In this document: positions 43,956-54,023 of the stretch, piece after piece | How positions within the stretch are numbered: the first letter of the stretch is position 1 | How the letters are laid out: each line of letters opens with the position of its first letter | Source of the DNA: an uncultured Chloroflexia bacterium | Lineage (GTDB): Bacteria; Chloroflexota; Limnocylindria; QHBO01 | DNA length: 64,000 nt | Direction: 5' to 3' | Assembly: GCA_963805645.1 (NCBI GenBank) | Contig: CAWDVA010000007.1 | Location: forward strand, 131,104-195,103 | Made by a program: the position numbers and the translations under genes | Notes under the pieces: generated by a model | Databases searched by the model: none | What the model was told of the DNA's origin: nothing | Seen by the model: the letters and a program-made list of their open reading frames with translations, nothing else

Positions 43956-45211
43956 GCGAGCAGCTCCTCCGGCGGTCCGGCTGACACCGATTCAATCCGC
44001 GTCCCGAGGCGGCCGGCCTCGAGCACGACCTCGAGCGGCTCCCCCACGGCAACCTCCGCTGTCGAACGCACGACCGTGCCGTCCGGTCGTCGCGCAACCG
44101 CATACCCGCGGGCGAGCGTGGCGGCGGGTCCCAGGGCACGGAGGCCGTCCTGCAGCCCGCCCAGCACCGCGCGTTCGCGGCCGATGCGCTGGATCAGCGT
44201 CCGCTGGCCCCGATCGACGAGCTCGGCGGCTCGCTGGCGGGCAGCTCGCAGGTCCGGAGCCAGGGCGGAGAGGGCGCGCCCCTCGGTGCCCACGAGCCGG
44301 CGACGATCCGCGACCCGCGCGAGGAGCGCCGCCGAGGCCCGGTCGCGCAGCCGGCCCAGGATGGCCGGCAGCTGGGTGCCATCCGGCACAACCAGCTCTG
44401 CCGCGGCGCTGGGAGTTGGCGCTCGAACGTCCGCCGCGAAGTCGGACAGGGTCACGTCGCTCTCGTGTCCGACGCCCACGACGATCGGTACCGGGGCGTC
44501 CGCCACGGCTCGCACGACACGCTCGTCGTTGAACGCCCATAGATCCTCGAGCGACCCTCCTCCACGGGCCAGGATCACGACGTCGATGGCCGGGCGGGCG
44601 TACAGGCGGCGAAGCGCGCGGACCACGGCCGGCGCCGCAACGTCGCCCTGCACCACGGTGGGCGACAGGACCAGCTCCACCAGGGGGTAGCGGCGGCGGA
44701 TGACGTTGCTGATGTCCTGCCAGACGGCGCCGATGGGCGAGGTGACGACGCCGATGCGGCGCGGCCAGCGTGGCAGAGGGCGTTTGCGACCTTCGTCGAA
44801 CAGCCCCTCGGCTCCCAGGCGCGCTCGCAGCTGCTCGTAGCGGGCGTGGAGATCGCCGGCGCCGGCAGGGGTGAGGGTCTCGACGTAGAGCTGGTAGACC
44901 CCCTGCGCCTCGTAGGCCCGCACCCGCCCGTGGCAGACGACGGACATCCCGTGCTCCGGCCGCATGTTCGAACGCGCCAGCTCATCACGGAACATGACCG
45001 CGCGCAGCTGTGAAGCGGCGTCCTTGAGGGTGAAGAAGCAGTGTCCCGAGGCCGGGAATGCGGGGCGACTGATCTCGCCCGCGACCCAGACGTCGGCGAG
45101 CGTGGGATCCGCGTCCAGCAGCTGGCGGACCCGCCGGTTCAGCTCGCTGACCCGCAGGACGCGCGGCGGCAGGGCTGCCGCGCCCCACAGCGAGGGCTGG
45201 TCGGCGGTCAT
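43952..45211 (-). CDS. xseA: Exodeoxyribonuclease VII large subunit.
   Basis: The N-terminal OB fold reads …VWVAGEISRPAFPASGHCFFTLKD…. The catalytic region reads …VLSPTVVQGDVAAPAV…RGGGSLEDLWAFNDE…. Confidence 0.9.
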   Translation of the reverse strand: MTADQPSLWGAAALPPRVLRVSELNRRVRQLLDADPTLADVWVAGEISRPAFPASGHCFFTLKDAASQLRAVMFRDELARSNMRPEHGMSVVCHGRVRAYEAQGVYQLYVETLTPAGAGDLHARYEQLRARLGAEGLFDEGRKRPLPRWPRRIGVVTSPIGAVWQDISNVIRRRYPLVELVLSPTVVQGDVAAPAVVRALRRLYARPAIDVVILARGGGSLEDLWAFNDERVVRAVADAPVPIVVGVGHESDVTLSDFAADVRAPTPSAAAELVVPDGTQLPAILGRLRDRASAALLARVADRRRLVGTEGRALSALAPDLRAARQRAAELVDRGQRTLIQRIGRERAVLGGLQDGLRALGPAATLARGYAVARRPDGTVVRSTAEVAVGEPLEVVLEAGRLGTRIESVSAGPPEELLA

Positions 45212-45227
45212 GAGTTGCGGGTCCCTC

Positions 45228-45785
45228 CTAGACGCGTGTCACGTACTCCCCGTTCCGGGTGTCGACCCGGATCGTGTCTCCCTCGCTGATGAACAGCGGC
45301 ACCTGGACCACCAGCCCGGTTTCAAGGGTCGCCGCCTTCTTGGCGCCGGTCGCGGTGTCGCCAGCGAAGCCCGGATCGGTCTGGGTGACGGCCAGGTCGA
45401 CGGTCACCGGCAGGTCCACGCCCAGCACCTCGCCCTCGTAGGAGCTGACGAACACATCGGTGTTCTCCTTGAGGTACAGCCGGTCGTCGCCGATCATCTC
45501 GGCGCTCACCGCGATCTGCTCATAGGTCTCGTTGTCCATGAAGTAGTAGATCGCTCCGTCGCTGTACAGGTACTGGACCTTGCGCTGCTCGACGCGCGCT
45601 CGCGGCCAGCGCGTCCCCGCCTGGAAGGTCCGCTCCACGATGTCGCCCTTTCGGACGTTCTGGAGCTTCATCCGGACCTGAGCCGACCCGCGCGCCATCT
45701 TGATGTGCGTCCAGTCCAGGACCTTCATGAGCTGGCCGTCCAGCTCGATGATGACGCCCTTCTTGATGTCACCGGTGCTGATCAT
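45228..45785 (-). CDS. efp: Elongation factor P.
   Basis: The product reads MISTGDIKKGVIIELDGQLMKVLDWTHIKMARGSAQVRMKLQNV…. The start was set at the ATG at 45785 and the upstream ORF extension was rejected. Confidence 0.9.
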   Translation of the reverse strand: MISTGDIKKGVIIELDGQLMKVLDWTHIKMARGSAQVRMKLQNVRKGDIVERTFQAGTRWPRARVEQRKVQYLYSDGAIYYFMDNETYEQIAVSAEMIGDDRLYLKENTDVFVSSYEGEVLGVDLPVTVDLAVTQTDPGFAGDTATGAKKAATLETGLVVQVPLFISEGDTIRVDTRNGEYVTRV

Positions 45786-45813
45786 GCGGGCGGGTGCCTC
45801 CGTGCTGCGGGAA

Positions 45814-47157
45814 TCATGACGCGGGGCATTCCGCGTTGGCCTTGGCAATGTTGGCGAGGTGCTGGGCGTAGGTCTTGGCGAAGTAGTGCGAGCCGTCCCG
45901 GGTCCCACCGGGGCAGGCGGCAACGAAGAAGAAGTAGCCGGACTTCGTGTCGGCGTTCGCGACCCCGTCGATCGAGGCGATCCGAGGCGCGGAAATCGGC
46001 GTCGGGGGCAGGCCCGTGGTCGTGTAGGTCTGGTAGCCCGCGAGGGCCTTGGGCAGCTCCACCTCGCTCCCGGCCGTCTCGAGCGGTGGCCACCAGGTGA
46101 TGGAGCTCCACTGGCTGACCGGGGCGCTCCCGTGCGTCGCCGTCGCAAGGCCGTACTGGAGCGTCGGATCCGCCTGCAGCAGGTAGGCGGTCTCGCCCTT
46201 GGTGTTGAGGCGGTTGAGGTAGACCCCCGCGATGGTCGGGCGTTCCGTGTCCAGGACGGCCTCGCGCTCGACGATGCTGGCGAGGATCACGGCCTGGTCG
46301 ATGGTCATGGGCTTGCCGCCGATCTTCTGCTTCGCGATGGCATCGCGGATATCGGCGGTCAGGCGTGCGTCGAATGTGTTGAGCAGCTTCTCGACCAGCG
46401 CCCGCGCCGATGTGTTGGCGTCGACCTGATAGGTGTCGGGATAGAGGTATCCCTCAAGGCTCCGGCCCTTCGGCAGGTCCTTGAAGAAGTCGTACTGGTT
46501 GAGCAGATCGGCGGGCGGCTGCTTCACGAGGCTCACGAAGTCGTCGAGATTCGTGGTCAGCTTGGTCGTGGACAGGTAGCCGACGATCTGCTCCAGCCGC
46601 CAGCCCTCCTGGATCCGGATGGTGATCTCGTGCCCGGCCTTCTGCTGGAGCGCCGCGGCGATCTCCGACGGCGTGAGCGACGGCGACAGGTCATACGACC
46701 CGGCCTGCAGGTTGCCGCTCTTCCCCACCTGGATCACCCAGTACTGGAAGGCAACCTCGCTGCGGATCAGGCCCTTCTCGAAGAGGAGATGCCCGATCTC
46801 CGAGTCGGTGGCACCGGTGGGAACGACGAAGCCGATGCGGCCGCCATCGGCTCCGGCAGGCGCGTCGTCGAGCAGATGCGGCTGGTACCAGCGCACGAAA
46901 TCGAGCACGATCCCCTGCTTGATCATCCCCGGGTTGGCCTCGACCCAGTCGATGAGCCGCGGTGCAAAGGCGAGGAAGCCGACGAAGATCAGGACCGCCG
47001 CCAGAGCCGCGACGCCGGCAAACCAGGCGAGCAGGATCAACGGCTGGAACGGGCGCCGTTCTCGACGGTCGACCACCCCGCGCTTGGCGCGAAGCTCGCG
47101 GATCCGCTCGTTACGCCGATCCTCGTCCTCCCAGCGGGCTCGCGGGTCGTCGTTCAT
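45814..47157 (-). CDS. mltG: Endolytic murein transglycosylase MltG (YceG-like).
   Basis: The protein has an N-terminal TM helix and a YceG domain (…GYLYPDTYQV…ILASIVEREA…AGVYLNRL…LQADPTLQYG…). Confidence 0.85.
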   Translation of the reverse strand: MNDDPRARWEDEDRRNERIRELRAKRGVVDRRERRPFQPLILLAWFAGVAALAAVLIFVGFLAFAPRLIDWVEANPGMIKQGIVLDFVRWYQPHLLDDAPAGADGGRIGFVVPTGATDSEIGHLLFEKGLIRSEVAFQYWVIQVGKSGNLQAGSYDLSPSLTPSEIAAALQQKAGHEITIRIQEGWRLEQIVGYLSTTKLTTNLDDFVSLVKQPPADLLNQYDFFKDLPKGRSLEGYLYPDTYQVDANTSARALVEKLLNTFDARLTADIRDAIAKQKIGGKPMTIDQAVILASIVEREAVLDTERPTIAGVYLNRLNTKGETAYLLQADPTLQYGLATATHGSAPVSQWSSITWWPPLETAGSEVELPKALAGYQTYTTTGLPPTPISAPRIASIDGVANADTKSGYFFFVAACPGGTRDGSHYFAKTYAQHLANIAKANAECPAS

Positions 47158-47618
47158 CCGATCTCCTGGTGGTCTGGTGGATCGCCGGCCGTCCGGCTCG
47201 CGGGGTCCGGGATGCCCCGGGCGTCAAGGTAATCTTGCAGGATCAGGCGTGCTGCCGCCGAGTCTAGCTCGCCGCTCGCTCGGTCCGGTCGCCGTCCGGC
47301 GTCATCGAGCTCACGGCCGGCCGCCCAGCTCGTCAGGCGCTCGTCGACGTAGACCACGGCCAGCCCGGCGTCCATGAGCCGCGCACCGAAGGATCGGGCC
47401 GCGGCCGCCTGCGGGCCCTCGGTGCCGTCCATGTTCCGCGGAAGGCCCACGACCACCAGTCCCGCGCCCTCGCTCCGTGCCAGGGCGGCGACGGCGGTCA
47501 CCGGATCCGACCCGCGGGCGCGCAGCGCCGGGCGGGCGAAGGCAATCCCGGTCTCCTCGTCCGCGACGGCCACCCCGATGCGTCGCTGGCCGTGATCGAT
47601 ACCCAGCAGCCTCGTCAT
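47154..47618 (-). CDS. ruvX: Holliday-junction resolvase-like RuvX (YqgF).
   Basis: The product reads MTRLLGIDHGQRRIGVAVADEETGIAFARP…LVVVGLPRNMDGTEG…. Confidence 0.9.
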   Translation of the reverse strand: MTRLLGIDHGQRRIGVAVADEETGIAFARPALRARGSDPVTAVAALARSEGAGLVVVGLPRNMDGTEGPQAAAARSFGARLMDAGLAVVYVDERLTSWAAGRELDDAGRRPDRASGELDSAAARLILQDYLDARGIPDPASRTAGDPPDHQEIG

Positions 47619-49354
47619 GGCGAAGGCGAGGCTGCTGCCGCGGTGCTCGCGGTCGGCGCCGGCGTGGGTGCGGGCGTGGGCGTTGCCGACGGACGCGGCG
47701 TCGTCGTGACGGCCGGTGTCTCGATGCGGATCGTGATGCGGAACGGCAGTTGCGGCACCGACGACACCCAGCCGGGCCAGAAGTCGACGGTCGCGGTGCC
47801 GAGGTCGGCGAGGGCGGCGATCACCTGCTCCCGGGACTTGCCCGAGAGTCGCGCCTTCAGCTGGCTCTCGTCAGGAACGGGTGCCACCTGGCCGCGGGCC
47901 GTCACCACCGCTCGGACCTTCTGCCCGCTCGCGGTGACCGTGGTGGGTGCCAGCGTCACGCTCGGGTCGATGAGGATCGTCCCCGTCGGGAGGCTGCCCG
48001 TATCGGCGTGCATCGCGGTCAGCACGGCGCTGCGCAGGTCGTCCGCCGCGACCCACCGTCGCTCGTAGTCGAGCGTGCCGGTCAGCTGGAAGGTCTCCTC
48101 GCCCGTGGTGCCCACCAGGTTCTCCGGCACCGGGACCGATGGGTCCTGGGTCGCCGCCGGCGCGGCGTAGACCCGGTCTCCCGCCGGCAGAGCACGTTGA
48201 AGCTGGTCGGCCAGGTCGGCCTTGACGCGGGCGACCAGGCCGTCCACGTCGTCCTGGGTGATCTCCGGCGTTGACGTGCTTGTCCCGCCGGTGGTCGGCT
48301 GGTCGTTGCGCACCAGGCCACGGCGGAATCCGAAGGGTCCGCCGAGCTGCTCGGCGACACCGCTGGTGTCCACCGTGTCGATGGCATCCGCAGCGACGTT
48401 CCCGTCTGGACCGCCAGCGACGGCGGTCACCGCCACCGCGGCGGTTCCGGGGGCAATCCCGTTGATCGTGAACACGCCGGCCGGCACGGACACGGCGTCA
48501 TCGGTGGTGAACACCTGGTCGCCGGCCGAGACCCTGGTCCCCTTGGCCACGGTATGGGTCGCTGCGTCGTAGTTCCTGAAGGTCACCGCCCCGGTCGCCG
48601 GCGTCTCATCGGTGTGGGTGCCGGTCGCGGGTGCCGACAGGGTGCTCGTGAGCTCCCCGCTTTCGACCGATGAGTCGAGCTCCACGGTGTAGCTGAGCGG
48701 ACCGATGGCACGGGTGCGCGGAACCAGGGTGATGGTGGCCTGCGGCAGGACGGCGGCGATGATCGCGAGCACCAGAACCAGCGTCCCGCCAGCCCAGACC
48801 CAGCCGCGACGACCGGCGGGCCAGCGCGCCCGCCAGGATGCCCGGGCCGGAGGCGGCGGAGGCGTGACCACGGGCACCGCCTGGGTGTCGTCCCCCCGCG
48901 TGAACGCGGTGGCCGGCAATGCAGGCGAAGAAGGGGCCATGCCCGGAGCAGGACCCGTGGTGGGCGCTGGACCGGTCAGCGACGGCAGCGAGGTGCGCTC
49001 ACCGCGCACCACGTGGATCGCCGCCCTGGGTCGTTGCGCCGGCTCGACGGCGGATGCAGCATCCCCGGACTGCGCCTCCGCCACGGTCGCGTAGGCGACG
49101 AGGCCGGCCTCAGCGGCCACCAGCCGCGTCCCCGCATCCGCCACGAGCCGCAGGCCGATCCCCGCCTCGGCCGCGCGGCGGGCGATCAGCCGCAGGCCCA
49201 CTGCGCTCGACGTCGCCTTGCTGCGGCCGGGCGCCACGAGAATCACCGTGTCGCTGCCGCGCACCTCCGACAGGCGCCTGATGACCGATGGGATCTCGTC
49301 ATCCGGTTCGAGGTACAGGACCTGTGCGCCGCCGGTACCGGGTTCGTCGCTCAT
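47615..49354 (-). CDS. Large bitopic membrane protein (cytoplasmic N-terminal domain, one TM helix, Thr/Pro-rich extracytoplasmic region) of unknown family.
   Basis: The ATG at 49354 lies 2 nt after the stop of the upstream FtsA-like gene. The product begins MSDEPGTGGAQVLYLEPDDEIPSVIRRL…, has one TM helix (WVWAGGTLVLVLAIIAAVL) and then about 330 aa rich in T, G, P and V with a PTPAPTPAPT tail. Confidence 0.55.
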   Translation of the reverse strand: MSDEPGTGGAQVLYLEPDDEIPSVIRRLSEVRGSDTVILVAPGRSKATSSAVGLRLIARRAAEAGIGLRLVADAGTRLVAAEAGLVAYATVAEAQSGDAASAVEPAQRPRAAIHVVRGERTSLPSLTGPAPTTGPAPGMAPSSPALPATAFTRGDDTQAVPVVTPPPPPARASWRARWPAGRRGWVWAGGTLVLVLAIIAAVLPQATITLVPRTRAIGPLSYTVELDSSVESGELTSTLSAPATGTHTDETPATGAVTFRNYDAATHTVAKGTRVSAGDQVFTTDDAVSVPAGVFTINGIAPGTAAVAVTAVAGGPDGNVAADAIDTVDTSGVAEQLGGPFGFRRGLVRNDQPTTGGTSTSTPEITQDDVDGLVARVKADLADQLQRALPAGDRVYAAPAATQDPSVPVPENLVGTTGEETFQLTGTLDYERRWVAADDLRSAVLTAMHADTGSLPTGTILIDPSVTLAPTTVTASGQKVRAVVTARGQVAPVPDESQLKARLSGKSREQVIAALADLGTATVDFWPGWVSSVPQLPFRITIRIETPAVTTTPRPSATPTPAPTPAPTASTAAAASPSP

Positions 49355-49356
49355 GC

Positions 49357-50664
49357 CTAGAGGTCCATGGCGCGCATGGCGCCGCGCATCGCCCGCTCCA
49401 CCGCGCTGGTCTGGGCGTCGAGGATGAGCCCCTGGTGGGCAAGGGCCATGGGGGTGACATCCTGCCGCGTCACCAGCTGACCGGATCCGTCCCGGATGCC
49501 GGCGACGTCGTCCGGACCAAGTGCGCGGACCTCCGGCCGACGGGCGAACGGGAGGTGGCGCCACCACGCGTCACCGCCAAGGACCTCGCCGACCTGCGGC
49601 AGACGAGCGCCGCCACCGCACAGGTAGAGGCGGGACGGCAGCAGCTCGCCCTCGGCCAGGTCGCCGATCATGAGCTCAACGCCGTCCAGCCAGATCCCGG
49701 CATCGGTGAGCAGCGCGCCGTCCACCTCCTGGCGTGGGACGGCCGCCTCCGGCAGGGGCTCGCCATCGGCCGCGGCAAGCTTGAGCCCCTCGGCCCGTTC
49801 GAAGGACAGGTCGAACCGGTCGGCCAGCCCCTTCGTGAAGGCGCGCCCGCCAAAGGCCAGCATCTTGGTGCCGGCGATGCCCCCGTGGCGCACGAGGGCG
49901 ACATCGGTGGTTCCTCCGCCGACGTCGATGAACACCGCACCGGTGTCGCCCAGCTCCCGTGGCGCAAGGCAGGTCGCGACCGCGTACGGCTCCGCGATCA
50001 CGCCCAGCAGCAGCAGGTCCAGGGCAGCTGCCACCGACTGGAGGGCGCCCAGGTGGACCATCGGCGCGAAGGCGTTGAAGACCGACAGCTCGATGTGCGC
50101 ACCGGTAAAGCCGATGGGGTTGCTCACCGGGTAGCCGTCGATCTTCATCTCCACGATCGCCGCATGCACGAGGCGGACGTCCAGGCGCTCGATCCCGCTC
50201 TCCCAGCCGATGCGCCGCTCCGCCTCGCGCAGCGCATCGTCCTGGACACGCTCGACGACCACCTGCAGCTCAGCCTCGTCGAGCGGCCGGCGGGGATCGT
50301 CCCGCCGGGCGGCGAGCGATGCGGTGGTGCCCTTCACCAGCTCCCCGGCGATGCCGATCACCACGCTTCGCGGCCGGATCCCGGCCATCGCCCTCGCCTG
50401 GTCGAGCGCGTCGGCGCAGTTCGCCACCACCGCGTCGATGTCGCTCACCGTGCCGGACTGCATGTGGGTCAAGCCCTGCCGCCGACGCCCCACGCCGCGC
50501 ACGATGCCGTCGATGGCGCCGCCCTCGCCCGGCTGGGTGGTGACCACCAGTGCCTTGGCGAACTCCGTGCCGATGTCGAGCGCCGCGATCGTCCCGTCCG
50601 CGTCGGCATCCGGGCGACGGCTGCCCTGCAGCCGATCGACGACCCGCCCGACCAGTCCCTGCAT
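49357..50664 (-). CDS. FtsA-like / PilM-like actin-fold (ASKHA) ATPase.
   Basis: The phosphate-1 motif is IAALDIGTEFAKALVV, the phosphate-2/adenosine motif is VFIDVGGGTTDVALV, and the product also shows …VIGIAGELV… and a C-terminal …YLCGGGARLP…. Confidence 0.65.
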   Translation of the reverse strand: MQGLVGRVVDRLQGSRRPDADADGTIAALDIGTEFAKALVVTTQPGEGGAIDGIVRGVGRRRQGLTHMQSGTVSDIDAVVANCADALDQARAMAGIRPRSVVIGIAGELVKGTTASLAARRDDPRRPLDEAELQVVVERVQDDALREAERRIGWESGIERLDVRLVHAAIVEMKIDGYPVSNPIGFTGAHIELSVFNAFAPMVHLGALQSVAAALDLLLLGVIAEPYAVATCLAPRELGDTGAVFIDVGGGTTDVALVRHGGIAGTKMLAFGGRAFTKGLADRFDLSFERAEGLKLAAADGEPLPEAAVPRQEVDGALLTDAGIWLDGVELMIGDLAEGELLPSRLYLCGGGARLPQVGEVLGGDAWWRHLPFARRPEVRALGPDDVAGIRDGSGQLVTRQDVTPMALAHQGLILDAQTSAVERAMRGAMRAMDL

Positions 50665-50687
50665 CGTCAGGTCCGTGCCATCGCGGC

Positions 50688-53351
50688 TCAGGTCGCCTCG
50701 AGGGGCGTGATCGCCTCGAGGGCCAGCCGTCCCGCCTCGCGCAGCGCCTCGTCGAGACGTCCCACGTCGCGGCCGCCCGCCTGGGCCAGCTCGGGGCGTC
50801 CGCCACCGCCGCCGCCGATCATGCCGGCTGCGGCGCGCACGATGGGGACCGCGTCGAATCCTTCGCTCACCACGTCTCGGCTCGCCGCGACGATGAGCGC
50901 CGGCTGCCCGTCGGCGGCACCGGCCGCGACGAGCAGGAAGCGGCCGCTCGCACCCCGCAGGCCGTCCGCCAGCGTCCGCAGCGCGCCCGCGTCGGCGTCG
51001 TCGAAGCGCTCGATCATGACCCGCGTCTGCCCCGCGTCCCGGCCACGGGCCAGGACCGCCGCGGGATCGATCGCGGTGCGAGGCGCCGCGGTGGCACGCT
51101 CCCGGGCCGCCTTCTCCGCGTCCCTAAGACGATCCAGCAGCGCCGCGATGCGGGCGGGCACCTGCTCGGGCTGCTCCCCGAGGAGGACCGCCGACTCGTG
51201 GAGCGCCTCCAGGCGACGTGCGACCAGCTCGTCGGCGCCGGCACCGGTCACCGCCTCGATGCGTCGCAGCCCGGCACCGATGCTCGACTCCCCGGTGATC
51301 CGGAATGCGCCGATCTGCCCGGTGCTGGCGACGTGGGTGCCTCCGCACAGCTCCTTGCTGTAGCCGTCTACCTGGACCACGCGGACCGACTCCGGGACGT
51401 ACTTCTCGCCGAAGAACATGTCGGCGCCAAGCGCCTGCGCCTCGGAGAGGCTCATCCAGGTTGGATGCACCGGCGCGTCCCGCCGGACCTGGGCGTTCAC
51501 CCGACGCTCGACCTCCCGCAGCGCATCTCGCGGGGTGGCGGCCGGGGCCGGGAAGTCGAAGCGCAGGCCCTCCGGCCCAACCCAGCTCCCAGCCTGCTTG
51601 GCCTGTTCGCCGAGCACGTCGCGGAGCGCGCGGTGGAGCAGGTGCGTGCCGGTGTGGTTGCGCGCCGCCCCCCAGCGCGCCTCCGGGTCGACCTCCGCGC
51701 GCACGCGGTCCCCCACGGCCATGGTGCCGTCGAGCCGGCCGACATGGACGATCGCCTCGCCGGCCCGCTGCGTGTCCTCCACCTCGAGCCGTCCGTTCGG
51801 GCCCACGAGCGCCCCGCGGTCCCCGATCTGTCCACCACCCTCCGCGTAGAAGGGCGTCCGGTCGAGGACCACGAGGTTCGGATCGTCCTCGGTTTCGCCG
51901 CCGCCGATCCCGATGACGGCGACGCCATCGGCGTCTGTCTGGTTCGGATAGCCGATGAATTCGCTGGACAGCGATGCCAACGCTTCGCCGACGCGGAACG
52001 CGGCCTTGCGCGTCGCGCGCGACCGTCGCCGCTGCTCGGCCATGGCCTCCTCGAAGCCCGGCCGATCCACGTCCACCCCGGACTCCGCGGCAACCTCGAT
52101 GGTCAGGTCGATGGGGAAGCCGAACGTGTCGTGGAGCTTGAAGGCGTCGGCCCCCGCGATCGCACCGCCGTCCCCCGCCGCCTCCACGAGCTGCGCGAGC
52201 CGCTCGCTGCCGGCGTCCAGGGTGCGGGCGAACTTCTCTTCCTCAGCGGCCACTGCGTCGAGGATCCGGTCGCGTCCCGCTGCGAGCGCAGGATACGCAC
52301 CGCCCATCAGCTCGATGACGACCGCGCAGGTCTCGCGGAGGAAGGGGCGGCTGATGCCCATCAGGCGGGCATGGCGAACGGCGCGGCGCACGATGCGGCG
52401 CAGCACGTATCCGGGACCCTCGTTCGAGGGTTTGATCCCCTCGCCGACCATGAAGGTCATGGCGCGCGAGTGATCGGCCACCACCTGGTAGCTGAAGCGC
52501 TCGCTCTCCACGGTCTCCGGGTCGTGGCCGATGAAGGCCGCGAGCCGGGCGATGATCGGTTCGAAGAGATCGGTCCGGTAGTTGCTGTCGACGCCCTGGA
52601 CGACAGAGGTGATGCGCTCCAGGCCCATGCCAGTGTCGACGCTGCGGAACGGGAGCGGGGTCAGGGTCCCGTCGCCGGCACGGTCGAACTCCATGAACAC
52701 CAGGTTCCAGACCTCGAGGTAGCGCGGGCAGTGCTCGGAATGGTCCGGGACGCAGCCGGGGCCCTCGCTGAACTCGGGGCCTCGGTCGTAGTGCACCTCG
52801 CTGCACGGCCCGCAGGGGCCGGTGTCCCCCATCCGCCAGAAGTTCTTCTCGTCACCGGCTGCCACATTGCCCCAGCGCGCCATCCGATCCGGCGGCAGGC
52901 CGATCTCCTCCGTCCAGATCCGGTAGGCGTCCTCGTCATCGGTGTAGGTCGTGGCCGCCAGGCGTTCCGCCGGGATGCCGAGCTCCACGGTGAGGAACTC
53001 CCAGGCCCACTGGATCGCCTCGCGCTTGAAGTAGTCGCCGAAGCTCCAGTTGCCGAGCATCTCGAAGAGGGTGTGGTGCCGCGGCGTGCGCCCCACCTCC
53101 TCGAAGTCGTTGTGCTTGCCGGCAACCCGCAGGCACGGCTGGGCGTCGACAGCCCGCGAGTAGTCGCGCTTCTCCTCGCCCGTCAGCACGCGCTTGAACT
53201 GGACCATCCCGGAGTTGACGAACAGCAGCGTGGGGTCGTCGCGGGCCAGCAGGGGCGCAGCGGGCACGCGCGTGTGGCCCCGCGCCTCGAAGAAGGCCTG
53301 GAAGCGTTCGCGTATGTCGGCTGCGGAACGGTGCTGCATCGATCGGTCCAT
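50688..53351 (-). CDS. alaS: Alanine--tRNA ligase.
   Basis: The protein has a class II core (…FTNSGMVQFK…, …HHTLFEMLGNWSFGDYFK…), an editing domain (…HTGTHLLHRAL…, …CGGTHV…) and a C-terminal DHHA1-like domain. Confidence 0.9.
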   Translation of the reverse strand: MDRSMQHRSAADIRERFQAFFEARGHTRVPAAPLLARDDPTLLFVNSGMVQFKRVLTGEEKRDYSRAVDAQPCLRVAGKHNDFEEVGRTPRHHTLFEMLGNWSFGDYFKREAIQWAWEFLTVELGIPAERLAATTYTDDEDAYRIWTEEIGLPPDRMARWGNVAAGDEKNFWRMGDTGPCGPCSEVHYDRGPEFSEGPGCVPDHSEHCPRYLEVWNLVFMEFDRAGDGTLTPLPFRSVDTGMGLERITSVVQGVDSNYRTDLFEPIIARLAAFIGHDPETVESERFSYQVVADHSRAMTFMVGEGIKPSNEGPGYVLRRIVRRAVRHARLMGISRPFLRETCAVVIELMGGAYPALAAGRDRILDAVAAEEEKFARTLDAGSERLAQLVEAAGDGGAIAGADAFKLHDTFGFPIDLTIEVAAESGVDVDRPGFEEAMAEQRRRSRATRKAAFRVGEALASLSSEFIGYPNQTDADGVAVIGIGGGETEDDPNLVVLDRTPFYAEGGGQIGDRGALVGPNGRLEVEDTQRAGEAIVHVGRLDGTMAVGDRVRAEVDPEARWGAARNHTGTHLLHRALRDVLGEQAKQAGSWVGPEGLRFDFPAPAATPRDALREVERRVNAQVRRDAPVHPTWMSLSEAQALGADMFFGEKYVPESVRVVQVDGYSKELCGGTHVASTGQIGAFRITGESSIGAGLRRIEAVTGAGADELVARRLEALHESAVLLGEQPEQVPARIAALLDRLRDAEKAARERATAAPRTAIDPAAVLARGRDAGQTRVMIERFDDADAGALRTLADGLRGASGRFLLVAAGAADGQPALIVAASRDVVSEGFDAVPIVRAAAGMIGGGGGGRPELAQAGGRDVGRLDEALREAGRLALEAITPLEAT

Positions 53352-53428
53352 GCTGTTCGTGAAGGGCCCGGGCACGGCGAGAGCCGGCCTGCACCGGCTC
53401 CCCTACGTGTCCGGATTCGGGAGCCGGC

Positions 53429-53695
53429 TCAGAACGCGGCGGCCTCCGGCTGGCCGCCGGTCGCCACGTCGCCCGGCTCGGCGGCGTTCAGCATCTCCGC
53501 ACGGGCCATCTCGGCCGCCGCGCGACCCTCGTTGATCGCGTCGTCGAAGGCCTCACGGCGCCCATCCACGAACTCGCCCACCTGCTCACGCAGCCGCGTT
53601 CCCGATTCGGGAGCCATGAGCATGCCCACGGCGGCACCGACGAAGCCACCGACCACCAGGCCGGCCAGGAAGCTGCCGAATGCGGAATCCCTCAT
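53429..53695 (-). CDS. YtxH-domain small membrane-associated protein.
   Basis: The product reads MRDSAFGSFLAGLVVGGFVGAAVGMLMAPESGTRLREQV…, a hydrophobic N-terminus followed by an amphipathic coiled region typical of YtxH/DUF948. Confidence 0.65.
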   Translation of the reverse strand: MRDSAFGSFLAGLVVGGFVGAAVGMLMAPESGTRLREQVGEFVDGRREAFDDAINEGRAAAEMARAEMLNAAEPGDVATGGQPEAAAF

Positions 53696-53738
53696 GTGAC
53701 TGCGCCAGTCCTCCGTGCGTTGGCCCTGATTCTACGCA

Positions 53739-54023
53739 TCACGGCTCGTCCGCGGGCGGGGCCGATGGCGGAACCATGGCGGCCAGCAGCAGGGTGGCCA
53801 GCATGGCGGCCTGCGCCCCGACCGACGCGGCCGCGAAATGGAAGTCGCCGATGCGCAGCAGGTCGAGGCCGGCAACGCCGCCGGCGGCGTCGCCGCCAAT
53901 CACCCCGATCAGTGCCGCCACGCCCAGGAAGGGGACGACCGATCCCCACCGACCACGAATGGCGAGAAGCGCGAACAGGTTGATCGCCGAGGTCAGAACG
54001 ACCAGGATCAGCCAGGCGATCAT
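53739..54023 (-). CDS. Small hypothetical membrane protein, translationally coupled to mnmA.
   Basis: Its ATG overlaps the mnmA stop (ATGA at 54020-54023). The product has three hydrophobic helices (MIAWLILVVLTSAINLFALLAI…). Confidence 0.45.
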   Translation of the reverse strand: MIAWLILVVLTSAINLFALLAIRGRWGSVVPFLGVAALIGVIGGDAAGGVAGLDLLRIGDFHFAAASVGAQAAMLATLLLAAMVPPSAPPADEP

